From the NCBI GenBank assembly GCA_030668825.1, contig DAOVET010000001.1:1-64000 (forward strand): 64,000 nt of DNA, given 5' to 3'. The notes under the pieces are model-generated. The model did not search any database, had not been told where the DNA came from, and saw only the letters and a program-made list of their open reading frames with translations. Positions 41,230 through 51,338 of this stretch are shown here, piece after piece. Within the stretch, counting starts at the first letter, position 1. Every line of letters begins with the position of its first letter. Position numbers and translations under genes: made by a program. The stretch is from Candidatus Heimdallarchaeota archaeon. Lineage in GTDB: Archaea > Asgardarchaeota > Heimdallarchaeia > Heimdallarchaeales > Heimdallarchaeaceae.

Positions 41230-42093
41230 ATGATACGTAGAGCAGTTTATGCAGGTTCATTTTATAAAAGCAATCCAGATACCCTGGTTAAATCAGTTGA
41301 AGCCTGTTTTATGGATTCCTTGGGACCAGGAAAACTTCCTAAAGGAATTGCAGAATCAGAAGAAACCTCACCTTTCTTTCTTGTTCCACATGCTGGTCAT
41401 ATGTATAGTGGTCCAGTTGCAGCTTCAAGCTTTCTGGAGATGTGTAAATATAAGAAACCTGATACAATTGTAATCTTAGGACCTAATCATACAGGTATGG
41501 GTTCTGACATTGCTGTTCCAGATAAAGCAGAAGGATGGGAAACTCCACTAGGAACAATGAAAATAAATCAGGAATTTGTAGATAAATTAATTGACATTTG
41601 CAGTTTAGTCAAAAAAAATGATTCATCTCATGATGGAGAACATTCTATTGAGGTTCAATTACCTTTTATTCAATATCTATATGATGACCCACCAGCTCTT
41701 GTTCCAATTGCAATGTTGAACCAAGGTTATGACTCGAGTATGCTACTTGGGGAAACTATTGGAAAGATAATTAATGATGAAAATATAATCGTAATAGCTA
41801 GTAGTGATTTTACTCATTTTGAAAGCCATGATTCAGCTAAGGAGAAAGACGCGCGTGTGCTTAAAGCAATTGAAAACATGGACCCTAAAACCATGTATAA
41901 AATAAAGTATCAAGATGGTGTTTCAATGTGTGGAATTGGCCCAATAGCAGCTACTATTGAAGCAGCTAAACAAACTGGTAGGGAAAAGTGCAAACTACTT
42001 AATTATGCTACATCTGGAGACGTTTCTGGAGATAGGAGTCAAGTAGTGGGATATGGGTCAGCTGTTTTCTATAAAAATGAGTTAATTATCTAG
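41230..42093 (+). CDS. MEMO1 family protein (AmmeMemoRadiSam protein B)
   Basis: AVYAGSFY, VPHAGHMYSG, GPNH, EHSIEVQLPF, ASSDFTH, MCGIGP, YATSGD, VVGY. Confidence 0.93.
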   Translation: MIRRAVYAGSFYKSNPDTLVKSVEACFMDSLGPGKLPKGIAESEETSPFFLVPHAGHMYSGPVAASSFLEMCKYKKPDTIVILGPNHTGMGSDIAVPDKAEGWETPLGTMKINQEFVDKLIDICSLVKKNDSSHDGEHSIEVQLPFIQYLYDDPPALVPIAMLNQGYDSSMLLGETIGKIINDENIIVIASSDFTHFESHDSAKEKDARVLKAIENMDPKTMYKIKYQDGVSMCGIGPIAATIEAAKQTGREKCKLLNYATSGDVSGDRSQVVGYGSAVFYKNELII

Positions 42094-42147
42094 ATGTCTC
42101 CATGATTAGATTTTTCCGCTTTACCGTTAAATCTTTTCCTTAGATTG

Positions 42148-43404
42148 TCATTGCTCAAAGCTCCATCTAAGTGGATAAATCACATATCCTCCTACCCCGC
42201 CCACACTTCTATGTGGAAGTGCTTGCGGATTGCCTTTCATTAGGATATTATATGCTCCATTCACATCAGCGTTAATGAGTATACCGTGGGCAGACCTGAA
42301 TAAACCTCGCTTAACTCGTCTTCCCTTATACTTTGTTCTTTTTCTTGAATATTCATTATCAAGAAAACTGCATTTGGAAGTGTAGTTCTCTTCAATCATC
42401 TCAACACTAATTCCTTTTTCCTCTGCTTTATACTTGAGACTATGTATGATTTTGTCAAAAGGGATGATAACAAATATCTGAGTCGTTTTATTACGTAATC
42501 GTATCTGTTGTTTCCATCGGGGATTATACCCGATAAACACTCGTTGTATATTATTTTCTACCCAGTATTTAACGAACTGTTTACTCATCTGATGAATCCA
42601 GTTTCTCACTTTTCTACGCTTAGTTTCACATAACTGGTAAAACCGTGGTCCATAACTTAGCTGATTATAATTTTGTAATGCTGAATGTTGCTGAAATGCA
42701 TACTTTTGCTGTATTTTTTTGACTTCTTTCAGATAGAACTGGATGATGGATTTGATACCTTTACCCTCATCCTTGACAACAATTGGTCTGCTGCCAATGT
42801 TGTCTACATAAGTGATGAGGTTGGTTAATCCTAGATCTATCGCTCCTAAATTATTTCCATTCACCTCAGTATCGGGAATAAGCTTACTATAGACAATCTC
42901 CACCGTATATCCTCTCCCTCGAGGAATAATTCTGACTTCTTTGAGTTTGACAGTTTCTGAAAGTCGAGTTTTCGTAGAAAATGCTATTTTCTTCGGGAGA
43001 ACTAGCTTTCTACCTATTATTCTAGCTTGCTGATTCGTGAAAATTGCTACTTGTTGGCCCTTCTTGGCTTTGTACTTGGGAGTACGAGGTTTTCCGATAA
43101 ACATTTTTGGATTATTTTTGTATTCTATCCTTGCTTGCTGAAAACTCTTCCAATTTCTGGTAAGTATTTTGAGGGTGTGTTGAGCTGTTTGAGCTGGAAG
43201 GTTTTTGTAGCATTTTTCCGTCTTCAGCTTACGATCTAGTTGCTGATACGACAAATATTGCTTCGTTTGACAATAATTTTGTTTGAACAGAAACATTGCC
43301 CGATTGTAGAGGTTCTTTGTTTGATGACACAGTTGCTGAAGAGCAGGTGTTGGATTTGTTTCTATCACTTCTGTTCTCCATACATCTTGCGCCATTTTCT
43401 TCAT
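42148..43404 (-). mobile_element. tnpB: Intact TnpB, tnpB-only IS200/IS605-type element
   Basis: KNLYNRA, AIDLGLTN, EENYTSKCSFLD, INADVNGAYNI; no tnpA nearby. Confidence 0.9.
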
Positions 43405-43528
43405 TACTTTATTTTGTTTTGCTTATTTAAATCCCAAAATTTCTTTTTTTGTTTAATGGTACAATAGCATCATTGTCTCCATAGAAACAATTATCAGCAA
43501 CAACAGAATCTTGGGAGTAGTGAGCTAA

Positions 43529-44056
43529 GTGTCAAAGAAAACATATCTTACTAACAAAATAGTTCTTATTGGTGACGCAAGAGTGGGAAAAACCTCACTT
43601 GTTCGAAGATTCGTATCAAATATGTTTGATCCATCTTACAAGATTACTTTAGGTACAACAATAATGAAAAAAGTAGTTGATTACCTTTCTTACAATGTGA
43701 CACTAGCGATCTGGGACGTAGGCGGCCAGGAGGTTTTTCGTCAAATAAGAAGCAAATATTTCTTTGGAAGTAAAGGTGCTTTAGCTATTTGTGATGCTTC
43801 CAACCTTGATTCTTTCAAGAATCTTTCTTCCTGGATTGCTTCTTTCAGTAACGAAGTTGGCGATAAACCTATCATTTTTTTAGCCAATAAATGTGATCTT
43901 AAGAATCAAGTTGTTTCTGAAGACCACTTAAAACAACTTGTTCAAGATACTCCTAAATCTGAATTCATGTTTACTTCTGCTAAAGATGGTACTAACACTG
44001 AAAAAGCCTTTATCGACCTCACTCGTCTCATGGTTGCTGAAGAAGATATTATTTAA
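43529..44056 (+). CDS. Rab-like small GTPase
   Basis: GDARVGKTS, switch I YKITLG, WDVGGQ, NKCDL, TSAK; no C-terminal prenylation Cys. Confidence 0.93.
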   Translation: MSKKTYLTNKIVLIGDARVGKTSLVRRFVSNMFDPSYKITLGTTIMKKVVDYLSYNVTLAIWDVGGQEVFRQIRSKYFFGSKGALAICDASNLDSFKNLSSWIASFSNEVGDKPIIFLANKCDLKNQVVSEDHLKQLVQDTPKSEFMFTSAKDGTNTEKAFIDLTRLMVAEEDII

Positions 44057-44057
44057 T

Positions 44058-45056
44058 TTATTCATGTTTTACTTTGTTATGCTTTTTTAGATATTCTTCT
44101 AATTTTTCTATTTTCTCTAGAAATCCTCTCTTCTTTTCCTCTTCTCTTTCCTCTCCCCTTAGATAAACATTCGGAAAACTTTCTTTTGTTTCTTTTATTA
44201 TTTTCTCGTATGGTAAATCTACTTCTTCTTCAATATACATTCTTATTTTTCCTGTTAGTGTGTCTAATATTGGTTCCACTTTGTTATAATCCAATACCCA
44301 CTGCAAGTATTTTGCTCTTCTTAAATCTGCTATTATTTCCCTACAGATATTTCTCAGTTTCTTCTTATTTGCTTGTTGTTTTTTCTTTTTCCTATATATC
44401 TCATCTAACATTACTGCTCTTATTATTCTTTCATTTACTATGTGTTCACATTCCCCATATTCTCTTTCACTTAGCGTATCTCCTAAATCATAACAAAAAG
44501 TTAAATCATCCAACATTGAGATAAAGATTATCAATTTCCTTGCAATTACACTTGTTTCATCCTTTACATCCACTCTTTGTTTTAGATTTTCATAAAATTG
44601 AACCAGTGTCCTCAGAATATCTCTTACAGTTTCTTCTTGTTGTTTTTTTTCAAACCTTCTTCCTTCTTTATTAAAATGCTTCAAATATATGCCTACCACA
44701 ATACTAAACAGTATTTCTATTTCTGGATACTTTTGTATAAAATTCCCAGATTGTATTTTCATTTTTACACTGTTAGTTAATTTCTCAATTCTCTTATTAT
44801 AATCGTCTTTCTTCTCTAATCCATATAATTCCAGTAATTCATTCTGAGCATCATTAGAAAGAATTTTTTCTGCTGTTTTAAAAAATTGGAATTCTTGTTC
44901 AATAATTGTAATGAGTTCTAAAAAATCCCAATTAAAATATCCTGTAGAAAAATAATCAATTTTTGTATATTGATGAGATACATTGTACTTTTCATCATTA
45001 ATCATGATAAAATCCAGAAATTCTTGAATTATCTGTGATTCTTGGACTTTGTTCAT
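44058..45056 (-). CDS. Hypothetical helical protein
   Basis: 332-aa K/E-rich ORF with no recognised motif. Confidence 0.6.
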   Translation of the reverse strand: MNKVQESQIIQEFLDFIMINDEKYNVSHQYTKIDYFSTGYFNWDFLELITIIEQEFQFFKTAEKILSNDAQNELLELYGLEKKDDYNKRIEKLTNSVKMKIQSGNFIQKYPEIEILFSIVVGIYLKHFNKEGRRFEKKQQEETVRDILRTLVQFYENLKQRVDVKDETSVIARKLIIFISMLDDLTFCYDLGDTLSEREYGECEHIVNERIIRAVMLDEIYRKKKKQQANKKKLRNICREIIADLRRAKYLQWVLDYNKVEPILDTLTGKIRMYIEEEVDLPYEKIIKETKESFPNVYLRGEEREEEKKRGFLEKIEKLEEYLKKHNKVKHE

Positions 45057-45150
45057 TTTCCTCTTTCCTTGTAATAATATTCATATTCTATAGATTTAAG
45101 CTTTCTGTGGCAAAAAAAGAGTGGAGGAGTGAAAATGACTCACCATTTCT

Positions 45151-45573
45151 TCAATTTAGGAAGTGCCAATTTGTAGTAATCCATTTGAAGAAATCTCGTA
45201 TCTTTGCTTTTTCTGGGAACGAGAAAACTAGATTTAGTGCTTCTATTTTGATTTCATTGATTAACTTTGATAACCAATTCCCACCATCACCTAATGAGTA
45301 TACACCTCTAGTGCTTTCCCATCCTGGAATAATTCTACCTGAAGTTTTCTGTTGTCCAAATCTTATGTTTATTTCTACATCATTTATACGTATATTCCCA
45401 TTCCAATCAATATCAATACGAGAAATACGATTGTTTGCTTGAATTGTACCAAAACTTATCCCATCTGGATAGAGCGAAATTTCTCTTCTTAAATATTGCA
45501 TTGCATCATCACAGTTTCTCTGATAATCTGCTAATATAAGAGCGAAAAGCTTCATCATTTCATCACAATTCAT
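45151..45573 (-). CDS. Hypothetical protein
   Basis: 140-aa ORF. Confidence 0.55.
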   Translation of the reverse strand: MNCDEMMKLFALILADYQRNCDDAMQYLRREISLYPDGISFGTIQANNRISRIDIDWNGNIRINDVEINIRFGQQKTSGRIIPGWESTRGVYSLGDGGNWLSKLINEIKIEALNLVFSFPEKAKIRDFFKWITTNWHFLN

Positions 45574-45628
45574 TCTTTTTAAACAAATAAGTTATAAAAA
45601 ATTATTATCTTAATATAAAGAGGATTTG

Positions 45629-46225
45629 TTAGTCTTTTTGAAAACGATTGTAAATAGGCTTCAAAAGAGGAACAAATAAGAGAAGAGAAAGCATCATAAA
45701 AGAAGTTGAATCTGGATTTGGACGCAGTTCAAACAAAACCAACCATGCCGAACTATGGTCTTCATCTGTCGCTAGTGGTATGTTTTCTGTAAAAGTTAAT
45801 AGGCAACGAACATTACAAGTCCCCCAATTTGAATTATAATTAATAGTTAGGTCTTGTGTAATATAGCTACCAACAGTTGTGAATTCCTCGCTATAGGTTT
45901 TTGTTTCAATGTTACCAATTGTATAAATATCTATAGTTAAACCTATGTTTTTTATTCCTTGTACATTGCTTCCAAGCGCTCCAAGTTCTATAATGATTTT
46001 ACCTTCCGCTTTCTGATTATGATTCAGAGAAACATCATCAAAAGAAGGCTTAATTAAAATCTCTGTCCCACGAGTGGTTGTTACAGTATGTACTTCAAAG
46101 GTAAGCGCAGAAGGATATGAAACAGCTGAGAAAATAAATAGTAAGCCAATGAACAGAATTTTAATCTTTTTATTCAAATGTAATTCACCGCAAATACAAA
46201 GGAAGTAAATATATTTAAAGTGCAC
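45629..46225 (-). CDS. Secreted protein with a C-terminal membrane anchor
   Basis: Signal-peptide-like KKIKILFIGLLFIFSAVS and a C-terminal hydrophobic helix with basic tail; the real start is probably downstream of the called one. Confidence 0.6.
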   Translation of the reverse strand: MHFKYIYFLCICGELHLNKKIKILFIGLLFIFSAVSYPSALTFEVHTVTTTRGTEILIKPSFDDVSLNHNQKAEGKIIIELGALGSNVQGIKNIGLTIDIYTIGNIETKTYSEEFTTVGSYITQDLTINYNSNWGTCNVRCLLTFTENIPLATDEDHSSAWLVLFELRPNPDSTSFMMLSLLLFVPLLKPIYNRFQKD

Positions 46226-46242
46226 TATAAGTTACTTTACAT

Positions 46243-46476
46243 ATGCGAATGAGTAACGAAGGTAAAATCATTTTCAATCACATGGGAATAGAATATAGAG
46301 AATGCATAATAGAACAATGTATGTGGAACGTCAATTGGGAAGAACTACGATTGGCAGAAGAGACAGCGGGAAGACCTCTACCAAAAAAATTCGAGGGAAG
46401 GGTGTGTAATTGTGTTCCAGAGAATCCTATAGGTATTTTAGAAGCTTCTAAAGTACGATGCAATCCAGAAGGTTAA
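46243..46476 (+). CDS. Small Cys-rich hypothetical protein
   Basis: 77 aa with C-x4-C...CNC...C. Confidence 0.45.
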   Translation: MRMSNEGKIIFNHMGIEYRECIIEQCMWNVNWEELRLAEETAGRPLPKKFEGRVCNCVPENPIGILEASKVRCNPEG

Positions 46477-46514
46477 AAAGGTTAATTATCAACTGTAGAA
46501 TTCATTTTCTATCT

Positions 46515-46751
46515 TTATATAAAATCTTCTAATCCTAATTGTTTCTTCGGTCTCATAAAATCCTTCAGTTCCTTATCCTTTTGGTCAATGAACCATTGTT
46601 TGATGAGCTTGGTTTCAGGATCAACAACAGACTTAGGTATCCAGATAGGATTATCAACAAAACCATCAATAAGAGCTAGAAAGGCTTTCTCTGTCTCAAT
46701 ATCTACTTTACCTAACTTAAAGTCTGAATACTTACTCCGATTCTCGTCCAT
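46515..46751 (-). CDS. Small virus-like hypothetical protein
   Basis: ETEKAFL...IWIPKS pattern recalls small beta-barrel phage proteins. Confidence 0.5.
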   Translation of the reverse strand: MDENRSKYSDFKLGKVDIETEKAFLALIDGFVDNPIWIPKSVVDPETKLIKQWFIDQKDKELKDFMRPKKQLGLEDFI

Positions 46752-46905
46752 ATTAAAAAGAAAGAGGAGATTTCAGTTTATAATGATAGAGCAAAGATGT
46801 ATATTAAGTTGGATATTTTTTCTCCTTTTTGCATTTACTTGAATAATCTAAACAAATAACTTTATTGTATTCAATTTCCAATATCTTAGATATTATGGGA
46901 AATTT

Positions 46906-47559
46906 CTATCTCTTGTTTGAATTTTTCTTTCGGATTGCGAAAATCACAGTACATATCAACAAAATGGATAATAGTGGTAATGCAAAAGAAACATTTGTTT
47001 GTTCAGTAGGATAATAGTCAAATTCAATGTAAGTGACATTCATATTACCTGAATTCATCTTTATTAAAGCAGGTAGTTCTAGAGTAGTTATGTTATTTAC
47101 AAAATAACCTGTATTTATTGGTCTCCAGAGAGTATAATTTCCATCCTCGGGTTGAGATAAACCCGATTGATTAATATAAAATTTCACGTAACTATGTTCA
47201 ACAGTGATTCCTGGAGCATAAGAATAGTGCATTATTGTTGCATGAGCTATCATCAATGGATCAATTACCAGTGTTTGGTTACTAAGGGTTGCATTTATGA
47301 AGACTTTAGGATAAAAATCTGATAACTCAACTACTGTTTGATTTTCCTCAGCTCTATTCAGAATTTCTACAGTAACACCGATACCAAATAGAGTAGAATT
47401 TGGTTTATTATATAGATTAGTAATTACAGCAATTTCACTAACTTCTGATACTCTTGAAGCAATAACAGGAAGATTACCAGAAACTGATAAATTGATTGAA
47501 GAAACACATATGTATGCAATTAATATTAAAGTAAGATATTTTCCTAGTGGTTTAATCAT
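46906..47559 (-). CDS. Secreted, C-terminally anchored surface protein
   Basis: Signal peptide, many N-x-S/T sequons, C-terminal TM followed by RKK. Confidence 0.65.
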   Translation of the reverse strand: MIKPLGKYLTLILIAYICVSSINLSVSGNLPVIASRVSEVSEIAVITNLYNKPNSTLFGIGVTVEILNRAEENQTVVELSDFYPKVFINATLSNQTLVIDPLMIAHATIMHYSYAPGITVEHSYVKFYINQSGLSQPEDGNYTLWRPINTGYFVNNITTLELPALIKMNSGNMNVTYIEFDYYPTEQTNVSFALPLLSILLICTVIFAIRKKNSNKR

Positions 47560-47628
47560 ACTTTTTCCTCCATTTAATCTTTTTAGCAGACGTACCTAAT
47601 TAAAGTTAAGTACGAGGTTTAATAATTC

Positions 47629-48825
47629 TTACCTTGCTAGTCTCCCCTCCGTATATGCCTTTCCAAATGCTAAATAAGCATCTATATATCCATATCCAAA
47701 TTTTTGATCAAAAGTGCTTCGCGAACTAGCATAGTATAAGATATCCAAAACTTTCTGGAGAGAAGGGTCAGTAGAAGAACCTATTCCATTGTGATAAGCT
47801 GTTATTATCAAAGCAATTGTTGCAGCCAAATAGGGAGTACTAAAACTGGTTCCAGCTCCATATTTCCAAATACCTCTATAGATTCCAAGTGATTGATCAT
47901 AATATGCATCCGTTAATATAGGTATACCATTCCCTGGTTCTACCCAGTTTACAATATGATTACCTGTAGTATAAGATTTATACCAAGATGAAAACCAGGA
48001 TTTATGATGTATCCATGAGTCGCTTCGATCTTCATGATCTATTGAACCAACAGCATACCACTCAGAGTAATATGATTGATACATGTAATTATAACCCCAA
48101 CGGTAATTAAGATAATTGTAATAGTTACCAGCTGCTGTAAGTAACATCACATTTTTAGTAATCAAACTTGCCCATTTTTGATGGATTGTTGTATCTTCAG
48201 TAAAATCAATTCTTGAGACCCAAGACCATGAAACTATATCGATATCCTTTGATGCTTGATTATCATCTATCCATTCCCAAATTTCATATTGTCCATAAGT
48301 AAATCCATAGGGATCATATAACTCTTCCTCTTCATTTTCCACATATAAATCGATAAAAATGACTTTTACATCTCTGGCGATGGAAGCTAGTACAGATATA
48401 ACTGCAAATCCATGTCCATGAAACACTTGATTGTCTAGAAATGGATCATTAGGATTAGTAATGAATTTTATTTCATTATAACATCTGAAATCGTTTGTTA
48501 AGAACCCAACAATATCCACATTCGCTTCAGGATTTTGTTCTAAAGCTTTCCATTCCAAATCAGTTAAACCATCATCAATTATTACGACAGTAACATAATC
48601 ATCTATAGTAACTCCATGCTCATACACAATTACATCTGTTTCTGTATACTTATATGCTGCATCTTGAAGATTTCCAACTTTTACTGCTGGATTTATAACA
48701 GGATCACCAATTGCTCCGCATTTTAACCAATCTAACATTTTGAGTTGATTATTACACATATCAGGTAAAGGTGCCAATCCAATACATACTATCAAGCAAA
48801 AGGAAAGAATTTTTTCATATTTCAT
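47629..48825 (-). CDS. Secreted subtilisin-like (S8) serine protease
   Basis: Catalytic triad VVIIDDG / HGHGFAV / GTSFSTP, oxyanion AAGN, FGYGYID; signal peptide. Confidence 0.88.
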   Translation of the reverse strand: MKYEKILSFCLIVCIGLAPLPDMCNNQLKMLDWLKCGAIGDPVINPAVKVGNLQDAAYKYTETDVIVYEHGVTIDDYVTVVIIDDGLTDLEWKALEQNPEANVDIVGFLTNDFRCYNEIKFITNPNDPFLDNQVFHGHGFAVISVLASIARDVKVIFIDLYVENEEEELYDPYGFTYGQYEIWEWIDDNQASKDIDIVSWSWVSRIDFTEDTTIHQKWASLITKNVMLLTAAGNYYNYLNYRWGYNYMYQSYYSEWYAVGSIDHEDRSDSWIHHKSWFSSWYKSYTTGNHIVNWVEPGNGIPILTDAYYDQSLGIYRGIWKYGAGTSFSTPYLAATIALIITAYHNGIGSSTDPSLQKVLDILYYASSRSTFDQKFGYGYIDAYLAFGKAYTEGRLAR

Positions 48826-49044
48826 TATTCTTGACTCCTAGATAGTAATTTTATCAAATTCTAGATCCTCTTGTTTCCTTAAAAACCTGTCTTATTTTCA
48901 GATGCTGCAAATGTGTCGTAAATTTCCAATATTCTTTCTTTCATTTCTTTCAATGTTGTTTTTACCACCTTTATAAATCAAACTCCTGATAATAGTTCAC
49001 CTACACTCCTTGTTTTACATCCCACTGAAAGTAAAAAAGGATAG

Positions 49045-49599
49045 TTGGTGAAAGAAGTGGGTAAGAACATGTATACAAGATTAAAAGAAGAAGTAAAGAA
49101 ATATCTCTCCTCTTTTAAAAGGTTTCAAGAAGAACTACAATCATTTAAAGAATTTAGAAGAAGTATTGATTTACCATCAGAGATGACAATAGATCTATCG
49201 GAAACTAAGGACCAGATGGAAGCTATTAGAAGATATGAAGCAAGATTACAGAAAGGAAAAGATGATCCAACTTGGTTTACTCTCACTAAGATGGTTACTG
49301 ATGTTTTTTTCGAGATGAAAAAAGAGTTTGAGGTATTCATGCAAGAACCTCAGTTTCTAGAAGGTAGAAAGTGTAAAAATCTAGTTGATTTAACTACTTA
49401 TGTAGTTGGAGAATTACAAGAACTAGAAGTTAAGCTTTACTCCAAACACATGGATGAAGTAGATTGTTCTGTTTGTAACCAAAGTCATCTTATTCTTGAT
49501 GAGAATAGAGCAGAACAGACATGTAAAAACTGTGGCATAGTAATTAGAGATAAGATATCCGAAGAGGAAATTAGTCTTAAATCACAACCTTTTTTCTGA
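49045..49599 (+). CDS. Coiled-coil protein with a C-terminal TFIIB-type zinc ribbon
   Basis: CSVCNQSHLILDENRAEQTCKNCGIVI matches the TFB Zn-ribbon pattern; likely start ATG 49069. Confidence 0.65.
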   Translation: MVKEVGKNMYTRLKEEVKKYLSSFKRFQEELQSFKEFRRSIDLPSEMTIDLSETKDQMEAIRRYEARLQKGKDDPTWFTLTKMVTDVFFEMKKEFEVFMQEPQFLEGRKCKNLVDLTTYVVGELQELEVKLYSKHMDEVDCSVCNQSHLILDENRAEQTCKNCGIVIRDKISEEEISLKSQPFF

Positions 49600-49663
49600 T
49601 AAAAACTTAAAAAGGATAAGGATAAATTCTACTAATCTTAATTATTACTTAAATAACGAATAT

Positions 49664-50242
49664 TTGGATGGAAAAATAATGACTATTGATGGTTATGATT
49701 TACAGGATGGTTTTACTAGAAATTATCATTCCTTTCAATTGACAGGAGAGCATACAAATACTACTTGGACACATAGAATCCTCGGTTACTTTGATAGACT
49801 GGGGAGAATGCTAGGATACGAAGTACAATTTGAAAAAGAAATATATGATTTAACTTGGTGGGATTATTCAATTAATCAAGAAAAAGGGAAGATTATTCTC
49901 CATGTCGAACATGAAAATTCAACAAATAAGAATAAGATAATCGAAGAAACTTTAGAATACAAAATTCTAGATTCTGAAGCAAAAATAGCTCTTGCTATCT
50001 GTTATCCTAATAATTCTCAAGATTTTGATGAAATTAAACTTTGGATTAAAAAGAATGTTAAAAAACGAATGAAAGCAGAAGAAGTAGCCATCATAGTAGA
50101 TGGTTGTTGTTATGGAGAAGAACCATATCATTTTGCAGTTCACATGATTACGAAAAAGAAATCAGAACTATACCTTTATGACAAAATAACAGTAAATGAA
50201 TATCATTGCTTAGAGTATAAGACAGAAGAAAATTACGCGTGA
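49664..50242 (+). CDS. Putative PD-(D/E)XK-fold nuclease
   Basis: YDLTWWD...LHVEHEN pattern (D...ExE variant). Confidence 0.55.
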   Translation: MDGKIMTIDGYDLQDGFTRNYHSFQLTGEHTNTTWTHRILGYFDRLGRMLGYEVQFEKEIYDLTWWDYSINQEKGKIILHVEHENSTNKNKIIEETLEYKILDSEAKIALAICYPNNSQDFDEIKLWIKKNVKKRMKAEEVAIIVDGCCYGEEPYHFAVHMITKKKSELYLYDKITVNEYHCLEYKTEENYA

Positions 50243-50271
50243 TGGACGTATCGTGTAAAATTGTGAATTAT

Positions 50272-50499
50272 TCATTGATTTTGTATTCTCGCTTTTATTT
50301 TTTTTGTTTCTTCTTCAGATAAAATCTTATCTCTCTTCCCTAAACTACATTCTTTGCATGTTGTTGCTAGATTGTCTAGTGAATGTTCTTTTACTATTGA
50401 CCAAGGTATAATATGGTCAACTTGTAATTCAACTTCTGGAGCTGAACGACCACAAATTATACAAGAAAAATTATCTCGTTGTAGAACCTCAAATCTCAA
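50272..50499 (-). CDS. HNH endonuclease domain, possibly the C-terminus of an interrupted TM-HNH fusion
   Basis: LRFEVLQRDNFSCIICG...VDHIIP...NLATTCKECS; in frame with the upstream ORF across one TAA. Confidence 0.8.
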   Translation of the reverse strand: MRFEVLQRDNFSCIICGRSAPEVELQVDHIIPWSIVKEHSLDNLATTCKECSLGKRDKILSEEETKKIKARIQNQ

Positions 50500-50502
50500 A
50501 CT

Positions 50503-51126
50503 TTAAGGAATTGAACTTTCATCATCTTTTTTGATTTTTGCTGTAAATACAAAACCCCCTAAACATACAAAGAAAATTCCAAATGTTAAGAGAAAAGCAC
50601 CAATAACCATCCACCACCATTCTAAGTCAAAAACTAATATCCATAATCCAACAATAGAAGAATATAGTAAGTTCAAGTAAGTACGTCCTCTGAATATCAA
50701 TCTGCAAAACAATTCCTTTCCATTCTTTGGAATACTATAACCTAGAATATATTTCCTGATTTCTTCATTATCAAATCCTTTTATTTGTAATCGAACAAAA
50801 TGCAGAAGCACGTATTCTTTCATCTCTTCGTACATAGTTGTAAGATTAAAATAATTGCACCCAATAACAAAGATTCCAATAAAAATTACAAAACCAATCC
50901 GTAGATAAGGTTCATCATTTTGTGTTGAAGGAAAATCGATCTGAATGTAACTTGAACCAAAATACGCTCCTAATGAAATTATTGCTAACAATGATGGGAA
51001 TACAGAAATAAATCTAAACTTTTGAGAATTTAGGAATTTAATTCTATTAAGAATCTGTTCATGAAGAGTCAGAAGTTGTTCTTGTGGAATATCATCGTTT
51101 TCTTTCTTATCATCTTTTTTTGTCAT
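50503..51126 (-). CDS. 4-TM membrane protein
   Basis: Two pairs of hydrophobic helices. Confidence 0.65.
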   Translation of the reverse strand: MTKKDDKKENDDIPQEQLLTLHEQILNRIKFLNSQKFRFISVFPSLLAIISLGAYFGSSYIQIDFPSTQNDEPYLRIGFVIFIGIFVIGCNYFNLTTMYEEMKEYVLLHFVRLQIKGFDNEEIRKYILGYSIPKNGKELFCRLIFRGRTYLNLLYSSIVGLWILVFDLEWWWMVIGAFLLTFGIFFVCLGGFVFTAKIKKDDESSIP

Positions 51127-51338
51127 TTTCTTTCATCGTAAACAGATAAATAGCACATATTTAAATCCCGATGTTTTTTTCACTAAATATAATAGATGTA
51201 AGAATTTTAATTTTTTTTCAATTTTCGGTATGTTTCTGATACTATACACTCCAATAATTCGTCAAAAACTACTTTTTATACTCAAATTTAAATAGAATAA
51301 AAAATAATTAAGATTGCTTTGAGTAATTCGTATATAAG

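Noticed and set aside
43519-43527. AGTGAGCTA just before the Rab-like start codon, complementary to the sRNA D guide
   Set aside because: Only 9 nt, which is plausible by chance in 64 kb; the rRNA target is more parsimonious
46873-46904. AT-rich hairpin AATATCT-T-AGATATT with flanking arms
   Set aside because: Low complexity and directly after a stop codon; at most terminator-like
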